Shown: positions 26,349 through 42,100, counted from the stretch's first letter. The stretch: DNA of 64,000 nt from Geosiphon pyriformis uo1 (GCA_016748015.1 JAAOMT010000649.1:64440-128439); one strand, 5' to 3'. Notes: generated from the sequence alone by a model not told the origin. Translations and numbers: made by a program.

Positions 26349-26851
26349 ACATAAGAATTTTTAAATGGTTGAGGGAGTTCGCTTACAATAAGCTTAGCTT
26401 GAGTTTTTTTCTTCATTCAAAGTCGTTTTATTGATTCTGGTAATTTCATTTCTCTTGTTTTATTTTTCTCATATTCCCTTAAATTTTTTATTTACATCAT
26501 GTAAAAGTGATATATGTATTGGTTACAGATTTATTTCACTAAATAATGTTTACATATACATATCCTTTTTCGCAAATTTTTTTCAAACAAAAATTCTTTC
26601 TACCTTTTACATCTTCATGACTCCCCCAGGCAGGTTTGTAGAAATTTCCAAAAATAGCATTTTTGATTAATTTGAACGGCTCCTACTGGTTCGCGCTTTC
26701 ATTCAAATCGCCAAATATGCAATTTTGTTCTACCATAATTGATGCAAATAATTGTATATCTTATTTTGAATATTTATATGATATATATATTCTACATGAA
26801 TATTTAGCATTTTAGTGGAGTTGTATTAAAAGATCCTATAAATCTGTATTC

Positions 26852-26893
26852 GGGGGGGGGGGGGGGGGGNNNNNNNNNNNNNNNNNNNNGGGG
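26852..26893. other. Poly-G run enclosing a 20-N assembly gap (26870-26889)
   Basis: G18-N20-G4. Confidence 0.95.
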
Positions 26894-29121
26894 CGGCAAT
26901 GTGAATTCGCCGATCATGGTGCTTATACACATACGAGATTATTTGGGGAACCGTTTATAGGCATTATAATATATACTGAGTTTTTTGTTGTTGTTTTCAA
27001 TAGTTATATCACTCCAAATTAAGCGTTAAATAACTTTCTATCTAAAGAAAGCATTAATATTAATAAAAATAATTTATTTTGTTTATGCAATAAATGTTTT
27101 TAATAAAGATCTTGAAACATATACTCTTCTATTCATCATCGTATTGACCGCGTCGTATAATATGGTAAATGAAAATTCAAATAACGATGATTCTCAAATT
27201 AAACTTAAAATACAACTGGATCCAATTGAAAATCAATTTCATTGCCATTGACATTGCTCAAGTAAACACCTTCCCAAAAGTATTGATGTCTCTGAGTCTT
27301 CTTCAAGAATGTATTCATACTGAAATTGCATACTGTATAATATTTGGTCAAAATGATAGCTAGTATTATACCAGATTACTCGATTGATTTTTAGTGCCAT
27401 TTTTGAATTAGAAAAATTTGTACCGCACCTATATTTATAAGCTTCTTGCGGTCATTTCAAATATAAAAATTCTGATAATAAACAACAAATTAGTATTTTT
27501 TCTGGTAATTAATAATCATAGAGAAGAATACCTGTGTATCCTGAGTTGGAATGGTTTAAATACATTATACTGTTTATTATGACTATTTCTCTCGACTATT
27601 CCTCACGTTTCAAACTAGCACTTTTTCCATTTTTTTTATTCATTAATTTCAAATTTAAACAAAGGTAAATTAATCGCTGATGGCGAAAAACTCATTCGCT
27701 ATATATTGGTTGTCGACATTAAATTTTCCGTTTGAAAACTGTTGCTTTACTCCGAAAAATTGAACCCATTGGAGCTCTACAATAAAGAAGAAATTAATAT
27801 ATTTGAATTTTTTTAATGCAAGGGTTATAATAAATACTTTTCATGTTCTATATATTTTTTAAATTAGTTTTTCTAATAAATAATAATTTTTCGATATAGC
27901 TGGGCCGCAGCATCTAATAGCAGAATAAATATCTTTTTTCACAACCTTCCCCCCACAATAATAACAATTAAAAATAGCTTGTTAGCCAAGTATAGATCAA
28001 TCTTTTATGCTGCATTTATTTTATTAACTAAGCAATTCAATTAGATTATAAATAATGTTTTTTGTTGTTAAGAAATCTTTTAAACTTCAACATTTTAGAA
28101 CCTCTCAAGTTTACTAATTTGGGAGTTTTTAAAAACACAAAAAATTAAAGATTTGTTACTAAAATAGCATTTAATCATCAAATCGATTTTTCAAAGTCTT
28201 TTAATCGATATTTTAAAATCGGCACGAATAATATTTTTTCTGAGAGGTAAATATAAATTTTAGATCTACGATTAAAGAAATTTCCGACATATTTTAGTAA
28301 AATTATTTCTTAAATTAAACCTAATAGATATATCTCTCTTCGAAAAAAGAAAAAAATCACAACAGAGTAATGTTAATGACTCAGAAACAAGGGAGAATTG
28401 AAAAGCTCTAATGATGCTGTTCTATAAGCATAGACCCTTGTATATCTTTCTCATAACGCTTAGTAGCATATCTACACAAGCTTGAATTAGGCAATGAGAT
28501 TTGATTGAATTTTAGTTTCACATCAACATTTTTTTATTCGAAACTCACAAAATAAGCATCCATTAATATTTTATTTGGCTTCAAGTTTATTTTTGTGACT
28601 TGAACGAAATTTAAGGCTCTACTATCATATATTTAAAATATTTTTGGGTTTTACTAAATATCAAATGTATCTTTTAGAACATTCGAAGTCAGAAAAAGTA
28701 ATAAGGATTGAAACAGTCTGGCAGGCTGAATTTGAAATTTTGAATCGTCTTCATATATATTAAACTAAGCTTGCTTGCTTTTGAGATATTGGTATAAATT
28801 TATATTATAAAAGGTTTAAAACCTAAATTTTCCTACTCGAAATTTAACCTTTTGGCAGATAGTGTGATAAAACAAATTTTTTATTTTCAACAAATATGAT
28901 ATTGGGTACTTAGCAAACAGAAATCTGCTAATCTATTTTTCCAAACAATGAGAGACTGTCGATAACTTTTAAAAAGTTCAGTTTTAAGAGAATAAATCAT
29001 GTGAATTGTGAACTTAAACTCTAAATTTAATTATCATGTTAAAAAACTGAATTTGTTCTAATCTTAGGTATTTTAGAGGACAAAGACTCAAAGTCGAACT
29101 TCATTTAATCTTTTAAAAATT

Positions 29122-30532
29122 TTATTTAAACGAAGGCAAAAATTCACGACAATCTTTGAATGTGGTATTAAAATAAGGCCCAAAATGCACTGATGTTCCT
29201 CTTCCATCAGTCCCCGAGTTACAATTCTACAAAATGAGAATTAAATTAGTCCAGTGTCGCGTATATTCAAGTAATAAAACAATTTTTCTTTAACCTACCC
29301 TATTCTCTCCAGCTTTATTAAGATCATTTGACCAGTACCCAGGGCACTGAAAAACATCATATGCCAAATTAAATTGATCAAGATTTGAATCTGGGCATTG
29401 ACAATTCTTTGGTGTAATCCAATATTCCCTCTCGTGATGCCTGAAAATGTGATTACTCTGGAAATTTGACCTAAAGTTCGGAATAAAATCGTTTGAATGT
29501 GTAACACGGTAAACCTCCAATTCATGATTAATATATTCTGCGAAAACAGTGCTTCCAATTCTTGGCTGACCAAAAGTGACTGCAATAAATTTCAATCCTG
29601 AACCAGCAACATCAGGAGAATTTAAAAGAAAAGCCTCCTTTATCTTAAGGGCTGTCAATAACGCATAAGCTATGATGTGTAAAGAAAATAAATGTATAAA
29701 CTGAATTAAAGTAAAAAAATTATCTATTGTTTTTTCTTTGAATACCTCCTCCAATTGCGTGTCCAGTGAAATAAACTTTAAAATTTGAAGTTTTAAAAGT
29801 GATCACTGCTTGCGTTATCACCATAAAAATTGATAACATTATGAAGAAGGCATCTTTATCCCATTCATTTTCCACATATCCCCCTTCAGTTTTGATATAT
29901 TCAGTAGAAGCGGTGGTTCTTGCTGCCCATTCGTGAACAGGGATCTCAGGACCGTGAAAATAAAAAACTATTTTTTTGCTCTGATAATCAAGATGATATT
30001 TTGCTGATGTAAATTATAAGAGATTCAATAGCTAGCTTTAAATGATCATATGATAATATCAATAAAAATAATGGATGTTACCATATTTTTCTTCACCACC
30101 AATACGATTCTCTGGGGAAGAGTAGCAGTAAGCCATATTGGCAAAACGAGCCATTTCTGATAACATGGAAAAGGTTTCATTATTTTGCAATAGAGTTTTT
30201 GGTGGTGAATTTCCATCCTGAAAAGCTTGACCATCATTCATTGCAATTTTATCGGAATGAACCCTTCGTCTAAAATTTTGAGTGAACGCTTTTAGGTGTT
30301 GCTCAAGTTTTCCCTCAAAAAGATCTCGCTTTTCTTGCCCAAATTGGGCAAAAACTATTGACTGTCCTGTTATCAACAGCAAAGCAACAATAATCAAAGA
30401 GAAAATTTTGAGAGTAAAACTGGCATTTCCTGATAGGTTATGCAATAGAGTCCACATTTTATAACAGGACAAAAGGAAGCTGATATTAGTGAAACAAGAT
30501 ATCTTAAATTTTGACGAAAGATGTCGACACAT
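29122..30532 (-). CDS. Class 3 lipase-fold protein 1, catalytic Ser replaced by Ala; 4 exons
   Basis: Exons: 30532 (or ATG 30457)-30082, 30003-29746, 29669-29299, 29226-29122, all GT-AG and in frame. Motifs ANMAYC, FYFHGP, VYFTGHAIGGAYA, TFGQPRIG, RVTHSNDFIP, YWI..CQC, NCNSG..HFGPYF. Hydrophobic N-terminal segment. Confidence 0.88.
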
Positions 30533-33500
30533 TTTTTTTATTTTAGGCAATATCAGCAAGATTACCTATTTATAGTCCATTTATCGCTGATACAAAAGTT
30601 TTGCCTATCAATAAAAATATTTATTTGCTGCTGTTGAAATCGCCGTCGCCACCATCTTTAGCCCCAGTTTCATCGATTTTTGTCTTCACTATTGATCCTG
30701 GCATTTATAAACCCTTGATATGGTATTCTCCTATTAAAGGAATAGGTAAAGTTGGTCAACAAGATATTGGACGTATTACTCGTATTTACATTTATATGGA
30801 CAATTTGATACACAAAAAGACAATTTGGCACAATCAACCACCAGACGCAAAAAAAAGAAGGCTAAAAGACTTGATAAAGCAGTGGCATATATGTGGTGAA
30901 AAATTACACGTTTTACAAAATGAATTCACAAAAAACCATTGCATTCTTAACTTGCCAATATTATTCTTCCTTTGAAGTGTCAAATATGATAACCGATAAA
31001 TGAGAAAGATTACAGGAGAAAAAAGTTCGAAGAATGCTCGGTTAGGAATATGAAACTCGTTATGTGAAAAACTCAATCCAATTCAATATTCCAAGCATTA
31101 CATATATAGAAAAGGGTTGCAGAGACATAGTTGTTGGTGTGCGTTATTACGATAAATCGAAGATCTTATTATGCTATTATTTATATATTGTGTCCATATT
31201 TGGTTGACACCTTTTAGTGTGAAATTCAAACATTACGAGATCGATGGTAAGGGTACCACAGAGAAGTTTATCACAAATCAGATGACCAATAGAAATTACC
31301 CTTATTTTGTTCAGGGATGGTAATCGAGCATTTTGCCTTAGCATTTTTATTTGTCTTATATTGAAGATGAATTTGAATTAGAACTTCCCACTATTTTATC
31401 AAACTGGACTAGCGAAAAATTTCGAATTGTAATCTTGAGTCCAGTGTTAATTCTTCACATTGTTTGGTATTTGAATCGTTGGGGAAGACGAGTGTCTTTA
31501 ATTTTTAATGTCCTCGTCAAACTTTACTAGATTTATTTTTTTCAAGGAATATTGGCTATGGCAATGAATGGTAGGGTTGGACAGAAAACTAACGGTTATT
31601 TTCTGAACCAAACGGTTTCAAACTTTGATCTAAAAAAAATTGATGTATTAGAGCAAGAACCTTATAATAAATCGGTCATTCATTGTTTTGTCTCTTTATC
31701 ACTAAACCTAAGTATGTTTTAAATTTTAAATGGGTAATCGAGTCGTGGCATTTATTTTACCCTTGAAAGTTGAGGATTCTTGGAAATAAACAATTTTTTA
31801 GTGAAATTTTTTATCCAGCGAATGTACTGGAATTCGTAGATTTAAAAGTTAAGGCTTGATAAAGCATTAACAAAAAGTGAAAAAACACAAAGCAGCTCAA
31901 CAACTAACTTAAATTTTTTTCAACAAAGAAATTAATATTCAAAGTTTTACTCCTTTATTCGATACTACAAAAGGACTCTATTGGTTTCGAAGGACAATAA
32001 ATATAGGAATTCATCAAAACTACAGAGCTTAGATATTTGATATTTTGATGAAATTTAATTTCAAATATTTGAGATATTGTGAAATAATACAATTTCTACT
32101 GAAGTCTTATTATCATAAAAAGTGGTTTTTATTTCTATTTATCTTTTATTTAATAATATTTTTTTGAATTAAAAAGCTCCTTCCATCATATCTGTATATG
32201 CTTATTTGATATTTATTCATCCTTTATTTGGTAAGTTATCAGTTATAATATTAAACTTTAAATAATCTCAAAAATTTATTAACACCAAAACTAAAAGAAA
32301 ATATAAAAGTGGAAAGAATTAATGAAAAACTTCAAATTAAAGAACAGATTAATTATAAAAATCTAATACAGTTTGGGAAATAAGTAAATACTAATAGTAA
32401 CTTTTTGTTTTGAAACAAGTAAATTCATATAATGTTCATGTAAAATTTCTTAAAAATTTTATATTACTAAGAGATCATTCATTTTAATCGTGGTCCCTCA
32501 AACATTTTTGTTACAAATCAAAATTGGAATGCATTTAATGATGATAAATTCATCAAGTTTATTTTTCATCTGAATATCAGCGTCAGCGGTTTTAGTGGAT
32601 AATAAATGGTTAAATTTAACCTTTCTTAACTGTTCTTATGATCAAATTTTTATAATGGCTATTCTAAATAGTAAATCACTTTTATCTTATTCCAACTTTC
32701 TATAACTAAATTTATTGAAAAGTCTTGGAATATGTTTATCTCTCGAATTGTCCAACTGCTGAAGTTTATAAGATGGTACCAATAAAAAAAATATATACAA
32801 AAAATGTTGACAGCTTCGAAGATTTTTAACTGCCAGATAATTAATTGTTACAAAATTTATTTATTTATTTATTTATTTATTTGATTGAGAAGGATTTTTG
32901 TATTGATTAATTTTTTAATTTAATTATCATATATTATTTTCTGCAATTATTTGTCACTTATTTATTTTACTATATGCATTTATTAATTTCCAATAAATTG
33001 TAATCTTCTACTCGATATTTTAAACCCGATAATGTGATTAATTTTATTACTTGTAATTTGATTAGTTAATTTTTTTATAATTGATAAATTTTAGATATCT
33101 CTTATTATATATAATATAATTTTATCTAAATGGTTTCTTGTGTTCATTTTAATATTTTAAATTTATTTTTATTGATTTAAAGAATATATTATTTTTAAAA
33201 AAATTGGAATCTTATATGAGATATATGATGGAAGTCTACAGCTCAAAAAAAAATACGTAGAAGAAATGCTAAAAACTGTCCAGTATAGTACGTTATTTAA
33301 CTTAATTTAATTTAAACCCACTTTTATTAATGAATTAGTGTATTGAAATATTTAAAAATGCTAAAAAAAATTTGTGATCAAAAGATTAGCATTTATTTAT
33401 TATCTATGATAGCTATTTAAATTCATAAAAAATGATAATCAGTTGGTTAAATCTTTTTTAAATCTAATATGCTAGAATTTCTTTTTGGAAATGTTCTCTT

Positions 33501-36500
33501 ACAAGTTCAAGTGCCTTGAAATTCTTAATTTGATTATTATTAATAAATTGAATTCAAAAGTATAAGAAAATATTAGGCCTAAAAATTTATCAATTACTGA
33601 GTTTTTTTATTGTAATAAAATACTCGATATTTATAAACTTATTATTCATACATGTTACTTCATATAATTTTTAATATTTTCAATCAAGTAAATTAACTAA
33701 CTTCTAATTTTAATGTGAAACCATTAAAACTCTGAAAATTTAAATTTGAAATAGCAATAAAAAGCTAAAAAGCTGATTTTAATGATTTCTCTTTCAGAAT
33801 GATTTAAAAACTTATTATTTTTGGAATTTACTTAATATAATTTTTTCCAATTAAAAAATAAATCAAAACTATTGATAAAATCTTGAACATTAAAAATATA
33901 GAGCAAAAAAAATTCTATAAATTGTAAATAAATTTTAGAGATATAAAGATTTTGAAAAATGAAAAAGCTATATAAGTTATATAATTACAATAATTGTAAA
34001 ATATTATAGTCGAATGCTTACAATTATTCATTCTATAATAGAACATTTCAGATGATCTCAATATTACCAAATGGTGTATAAAATAATTTTAAATACTTAA
34101 TAATTTATTTTCAATATTACTCTATTTTTATAAAATTTTAATTTTCTAAATTCAAATAAGTATGATATTATATGTTGAATATATATCAATCACATTTTTT
34201 TAACAGACTCAAATCTTCAGAATATAATTAAACTCTTAATATTAATAATAACTGATTTTGATAAATTTATGTAAATTCTAAATTTCAACATAAATTTCGA
34301 TTTGGAATATTCTTTGAAACTTATATTTTAGTTAAAATGATTAGCTTAGTATACTGAAAAACTATTTATTAATAATAAAGTTTAATACAAACAAATTTTA
34401 TTTTAAAAATTAAAATTATACTTTTTTGATATTTCAGTTGAAAATAAATTCAAAGCCAGTTTAACATCTTATTTTTTAACTTAACTTTGTCGAGGGTTGT
34501 TTGTTTCGGGGGCAATTTATTTCGTGCTCTAATTTTCGACAATAAATAATTAAAGTGAGGTGAATTCTTGTAGAAAATTAACTTTTGATTTTCGAACAAT
34601 TGAAAAACTTCTTTGTCATTAAATTGTGGCAGTAAAAATTGGTAGGCTAAATTCATTAATATTTCTTACTCAGGGATTGAAGTTTGCTCACATTTCTAAG
34701 CTGCGACTTTAAATGTTATTTGTGATTAAATTATAAATTGTATTTTTAAAACTGATAAAAAAAAATTTTTTTATTTTAATTAATTAAATAAATACGGGAA
34801 TAATAATCGACAATTTTAAATTTATTTTTAACTAAATAAAAATGAATATATCTTTCAAAATTTCATTTAAAAACTTTATCTAATATGTTTAATAAAATGG
34901 TTTAAAAAATATCCAATTTTAATGGTAAATATTGTGATTATTTTAAGTATAAAAATTATTTTTGCATTTATATTAAGTATTGATAATTTTATATTATTAT
35001 TTATATTTTGTAAATTATTGATATTTGTTAACTAATATTTTTTCATAAATATCTTAAAATACTGTAAATTATTAAAATATTAAAAAATACTAATTATTCA
35101 AAAAATATTTTATTATATATTTTTTGCAAAACTATTTAAATTTAAAATTCTAAAAATTTGTGTCATAATTCATTTTAATATATTAAATCATAATTTATAT
35201 ACAATTTGAATGTCACATTTGTTTTATTTTGACTCAGCCTATAAATATTATAGTTAGTTTTTCAGAAATTTGTTTGTAACCAAATTAAATATTTTTAGCC
35301 TATTTTTTATTGCCAAAAAATGAAAACCGAATTTTTACATGTACAACCATATTAATTTTAAATTTTTTTATGATTTTAAGATGTAGTAAATTTTAAAAAA
35401 ATTAAATTTATATTTACTTGATATTTTTAAATTTAAATCCTATTTATAAAAATACTTAATTATTAATGATTGATAAACCTATCTAAATTTGTTTGCTTTG
35501 GTCATATAATTTAAAGATATTAAAATTATACAATAAAATAATTTTTGCAATATATTAAAAAACAAAATTTTTGATTTCAAAATATAATTTCTACTTTTAT
35601 TATGAAATTCTTACTGAATACATATTTAAGATCAAAAAACATCATAATTTTTTATTCTTGTTATTTCAATAAGATTAATTATTATTTTTTATTTTCTTAG
35701 TAAATAATAAAATGGATGCATTATTGAATTTTTAATTTTAAAAGATGATAAAATGCAGAATTAGAGAATTTATAAATTTCAGTTTGAGAAAATTTAATTT
35801 TTAATTTTTCTATTTGCTAGTCCAATCAATTGATATTTTCTGATTAAAAGATTTTCTTGTAAACGGTATTAGAGAAGAGATCTAAAAGTTTTATTTAGGA
35901 ATCTGAATTTAATTTGAGAGCTATTAAAAACAAGAAAGTTGAAAATTTTCATTAATAAAATTTTTCATTTTTAGTATTAGGCAAGATACAATAATAAAAA
36001 TGTCTAGAAATTAAAGCATAATTTTATTTTAAAAGATAGACCTTTTAAAGATACATGTATTCAAAAAATCCGAAATAAAATATCTCAAGTAATTTAAAAA
36101 ACTTATTTTAATTATATGAAACATTGACTAAATGTATAATGTTTGTTTAAAGTTTGAAAGCAAAAATATATTGTATCTAGAATTTTTATATTTTCCTATT
36201 TCCAAAATCATGAGTGTGATGAAATATGTCTAATCACTTATTAATTTTCAATTTGAGTCTTAATACTTGTAAAATGTAAGTGATCAATCGTGAATTTTAT
36301 TCGGTTTTACGTTTATAATTTCGACAAACACATTTAAGAAGCAGTGATTATCCGTTAAAATGCATTACAATTGATTAGAAAGTACATCTACAAGTGTGAA
36401 AGCAATAGGGAGGTCTTATGATTAAATCTTGCAGTATTTGTCATGCATCACACGAAGTTTAATGATTTTTAAACTTGTTTGGCGGCTTAAATTGTTCATA

Positions 36501-36675
36501 TTAATTAAAAGGGAAAAATATTTTTATAAATTAATTTATTAAAATATGTCCACGGAGTTTAACAATATAAATACGGACCTCCACCTTCAAAAATTCACCT
36601 TCTAAACGTAATATTAATCAAATCCTTTTTTCTTACAATAAACTATTCAGTTCTATTCGCACACTTATCCACATC

Positions 36676-38231
36676 ATGGAAACCGTTGAACTTAAAAGAA
36701 ATCGTCCTTATGCTCATAAATGTCAACCGACCATTAAAAACAATAAAACGAATTATTGTAACTATTGTAGAGCATGTTAGTTCATATTTTTTGAAAAGCT
36801 TTATAAAGATTTTTCAAGCGGCAACCAAGTAGTCGATGAAATAATCAAGAATCCAATTTATATTCCACCTAATAAAAAGAATAACTAATATGGGGAAGTT
36901 AATTATTACGAATGGATTCCATGGGAGCGTTTATCAAATAGCAACGAAATCGCTAGAGGAGGGTTCGGCACAATTTATAAAGCAACCTATATTGATGGAT
37001 TAATTGATGAAAAAAGTATAAAACATTATCATGATGAAATGGGATATGAAAGAAAAGGAGAAACGGAAGTAACAATAAAATTTATAAAGAACAGTGAAGA
37101 AGTGTTTAAAGAGGTAAACAATTATTATTATTATTGTTGTTGCTATTATTATATAATTCATATTTAGCTATTATTTATTTATTTATTCATTTATTTGTAT
37201 TATCTTTTAACTTAATTAATCATTTTTACCTTGTTGATAGTTACATATCCAAAGAGCTATGTTTATCAAGGGTGGATACCTGTATTATCTCTCTTTAATA
37301 TATGGAATTACGCAAAACACTCAAACACTCGAGTATGGAATTGTGATGGAGTTTGCCAAACATGGAGATATGCGAAAATATTTATCTAGCAATTTTCATT
37401 CTACTAATTGGAGGCATAAATTACAAACTGCGCGGGAAATAGCTAGAGGACTTGAATCTATTCATTCTTCTGGTATGGATCCTACAATTAAACGATTTAA
37501 ATACTGCAATTTGCGACCTTGGCTTATGTCAACCTAAAAACTATGAAACAAGAACAAGATCAGACTCGGAAATAGAAACAGAAACAATAGCAAAGAAAAA
37601 AATCAGAAAAAAAGCAAGAAAAAAATCAAAATCAACAATGGCAACAGCAACGAAGAAAAATATATATGGAGTGATTCCATACATTCCACCAGAAGTTTCA
37701 AGAGGAGAAAACTTTACAATGGCTGGTGATATTTACAGTTTCGCCATGTTATTATGGGAATTAGCAACAGAAAAGCCTCCCTTTCATGATTGTTCTCATG
37801 ACCACATTCTCCTGATGAATATTCTAGATGGTGCTAGACCTAAGATTACCTCTCCACTTATTCCACCTTGTATTGCCGAAATAATAGAAAAGTGTTGGGA
37901 TGCTAATCCTAAAAATCGTCCTACTGCTCGAGAAGTTGAAGACAAGTTGTGGGAACATTCGTTGATTTATGAGCGGTTTACAAATAGGGAATCTACGGAT
38001 GAGTCTGGAGATGAAGTGTCAATTATAGAAGAGTCTAAAACTGAGAGTCCTGAAATAGTAGAATTTTTAGAATCAGATAAATACGTCAAAGATATGTTGA
38101 AGAAAGACTCGACAACAAATTATTTAACAACGACAACGGTGACGCCATTGACGAAGATGAAAATTCATCCAGGAGCTATTTATACAAGTCGCGTTTTAAG
38201 TTTGCAAATGATTGATTTTTCTAAAGGTTAG
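36676..38231 (+). pseudogene. Tyrosine kinase-like (TKL) kinase pseudogene of the family expanded in AM fungi
   Basis: ATG 36676; SSGNQVVDEII, EWIPW, IARGGFGTIYKA; intron 37114-37240; IVMEFAKHGDMRKYL, ICDLG, YGVIPYIPPE, DIYSF, CWDANPKNRP, HPGAIYTSR. In-frame stops at 36778 and 36886. The HRDLHSGN loop is deleted with a frameshift at ~37478. Confidence 0.88.
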
Positions 38232-39119
38232 TTTAACTAATTTAGAAGAGTTTTTGTATTGATTAATTCTTTGATATTATAATGATATTTTTGAAATTTA
38301 CCTTCATTTACTTTTTAAAAGAATTAGTCTATTTGCCTAAAGGTAAGAAATTATCTTGTGTTTATGCTCTTGTTCTTGTTCAAAATTTATTTATTTATTT
38401 TACTATTTATTATATTTAGAAAATTCTTAATAGATCTAATCGTGATTATTCAATTCATAATAACAATTATTAAAAACTCTAAAATAAGATATTTTTATAG
38501 AAGATAAATCTTAGATAACTTTATTAAATTATAAGTCTCAATCATTTCAATATGTTAAAATATATACTTTTTTAATTTATTCTATACTCGGAACTATAAA
38601 AATAAATTTTCTTTTCAAAAGCGAATTAAATTGGGTTTAAATAATCAGATAAGTTAATTTAACTTTAACTTTATAAATAATTATTAAATCTCATTTTTTA
38701 AAATTGCGACTATTAAGGTTAAAATCGAGTACCAATATTAGTTCAGAATAAATTATAATCTTAAAATGTAAAAATTGTATTCTTGATTGTGTCATTAAAA
38801 GTTTTCATTTTTTTCTATTTATAAATTAATAAATATTATATTAAATTAATATATGTTGTTTCATTTTCATAACTTTTACTATTACTTTTATCAATAGTAC
38901 AATCATAATCATCTATATTATAATTATTTTCATAATTATTAGAAGATGAATTATGTATTTTGTTTTCATGCTGAAAATGAATTTCAATAGTATTAATACT
39001 ATTAGATTGTATATTTGAAAAATTGAAAAAAAAATTTTTCTCGGATTTATCCATTTTACTTGAAATGCCACAATATTTGAATGATAAATGTACTGGAATC
39101 TGATAATAATAAGATTTTA

Positions 39120-42100
39120 AATTTTAAAAAACTGAAATAGAGAATAAAATAAATAGTATTAGTAATATGTCAAATATTAAGACCATAAATAATACTATTG
39201 TAGAAGAGACTAGTTATGCTAACCCAAATAAAATAAATAATTCTAAAAGCCATAAATAATGTGACTTTACAAAAAACTTGTACTAATTTTTATAATTTGA
39301 ACAATTTGCCAAAACAGCTATTTTTTAATAATTTGAGTAATAATAAAATTCTAGAGCTTTTTTTTTAAGCTTGACAAATTAATGCTGCTAACTATATCTT
39401 TAATAAAAAAAAAGTTTTCAATTTAATTATAAATTTTATTTAGACATCAATATTTCTGTTGTGACTAAGAAAAATCTGAATAAAAAGTTATTGATCAAGT
39501 AAATAGTTTTAGAAAAAAAGACTTCTACTTTTTCAAAATTTTATGACAAAAAACTGTAATAAAATTTAAGAATGCTAATGTTGTCATGTTAGTTATTTTC
39601 AAGTGATCAGTTTTTATAAAAAAAAATTTGGTTTACATAATTAAAGCTAATATTAACAAATAAACATAAACTACCAAAGATTGTTATTAAGCTTTTTTGT
39701 ATACTTTATTAATAAATACAATTGCTTATAATCTTTTTGAATTTGTGGTTTTTTATAGTAGAAAACCTTGTGTTATTGCTTATAATCTGGTTTTTTATGT
39801 TTATGTAAGATGCACAACTATTTGTTTTAAGACAAAAAACTTTAAAATAATAATATTAATTTAATTTTGATTTTTAAGAATTTGAAATTAGGTTAGACTA
39901 ATTTGTTTTTTTATGTTAGTTATAAATAGACTTGTTATATTTTGTTAATATATATATTTAGTAGAAATTTTAATAACTATATTAAAAAAGATATTATAGT
40001 GTTTAATAAACAATAATTGGTATTTATATATGCCAAATAACAAGTTTTTATTTTTTGTTTGGTTTTTTTTGGTAATAAAACTTGAACACAAATTGTTAAA
40101 AATATTTTATTTTATTTTATTTTTTGTTCTGTATTTTTTTTGGTATTGGTTTATTTTAAATATTAAATCTTTTTTGTTAGTGTTTAATACTATAAAATTA
40201 AAATTTACTAATCTGAAATACAGTTTTACTAATTTTACCAAACCAAATTAATAAGTTAATAAAGAAATTAAATATATTTAAACCAATAATTTTCTAATTT
40301 AATTTTGAATATAAGTTATTAATAATTTTTTTATTGTAAGATTAAGTAAATAATTTAACAATAAAAAAAGATTTGAATACAGTTATTTATAGTAAACTAT
40401 TGTTGTTTTAGATTTTTTGCAATTTAGAAAGCTTAAAATTAATATTAAAAATTTGTTAAAATCTTTTAAAGTCTGTTATAAAATATTTTAATAAAATTAA
40501 ATAATATTGGTATTTTTCTAAGTTTTACTAATTTTTTATTTTAATAAGTATTTATATTTAAAAAATTGCTATATATATTATAAAAGATATAAATATTTTT
40601 GTAAAACAAAACAATATTATGTATTATTATAAAAATATAAACAATATAATTTTTATTTATTAAAACAAAACTTAAAAATAATATAAAATTATATATTTAT
40701 ATTAATCTAAATTAGAGTTTTTTGGGCTTTAAAATTGTGATAATTATAATTAATAATTTGGTTAAACATGTTTTTAAGATTTTAAAGATTCTAAATTAAC
40801 TTTTTTTAATTTGTTAATAATTTTTTTAGTTATAATATTTGGTTTATATCTTGGTATGTCTTTTGATATAAATTTTGTTTAAGCATTAATTTTTTATAAT
40901 TATTGCAATTAATTCAAATATTTTTGTAATTTTAAAAGGTAATTTTAATAAAAATAATATTAAAAATAATATTCATTCTATAAAATATTTTAATTTAAAA
41001 TTAAATAACTCTTTTTTTAACTGTTTTATAAACAAAGTCTGATTTAATACAATTTTAAAAAGATTAAAAAAGTTATTAACTATATTATTAATAATAAATA
41101 TTTGTTTATTATAGTTATTAAACAATATATTTATAATATTTTTGAGTTTTTTAATATTAATTATAAGTCTGTTTTAATTTTTATTAATTTGAATAAATTT
41201 TTAAATGCTTATTTTAATGTTAAATACAAACAAGCCAATAAAAACCAATAAAAATACAATTTTAAAAATATTAATAATAATATAATTTAAAATTTAATAA
41301 AATTAAATCTAAAATAAATAAAATTATAAAGAAAAAAGTAGTTATGACCAAATTTATTTTTTTTGGAATAAAACTAATATGTTTTTTGAATTATGTATAT
41401 ATAGTATATTTTCAAAAATTGTAAAATAAATTAAATACAATAAGTTGCTAAATATAATTGAGAATTTGCTAAATAAATCAAACTGTTTGCTATTTTAAAT
41501 AAACTTTAATAGTATTATAATAAGTTTATTATTGGGTTTTTATAAATTCATTAAATAAGTATTTGTTTAATAAGTTCATTTTTTTTAAGCTTTTTTTGAT
41601 AAATTTCTGTAATTACAACAAATTATATATTCTTTATAATAATAATTTTTCAGTTTTAAAAGACATATTTATAAGATTTTTTATTTTTATTATTGGTTTA
41701 GTGATTAAAAATGCTTTAAAAAAATTAAAAAGTATAATTAATTTTATAATAACAAAATTAATAAAGTTAATAAGTTTTAACTTAACTAACAATTATATTA
41801 TACAAAATAGTTTAAATTAAAGTGAAATTTTTTTTATTTCTTTAACACCTTTTTTATAATCACTTTCTGTATAAAGTTAAAAAACATAAATGTTTATGTA
41901 AATATAAAATCGACTTTAAATTTGGTTTTAAAACTAAAAAAATTAAAACCAAAACTAATTTGACTTTTTATCTGGTTATTGGTATATTCATTAATAATAC
42001 AATTAAAATTGAAAATAATAAAACTATTATGCAATATATTTTAAATATAATTAATAAATTTTTTACTATTAATAATATCTTTATATATAATAACAAAACA

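Noticed and set aside
26852-26893. G-quadruplex or functional poly-G element
   Set aside because: It abuts an assembly gap, so its length and reality are unverifiable.
34450-34656. 68-aa minus-strand ORF; also 38836-39054 and 55733-55969
   Set aside because: No recognisable motif or splice model. They may be relics but cannot be supported from the sequence alone.
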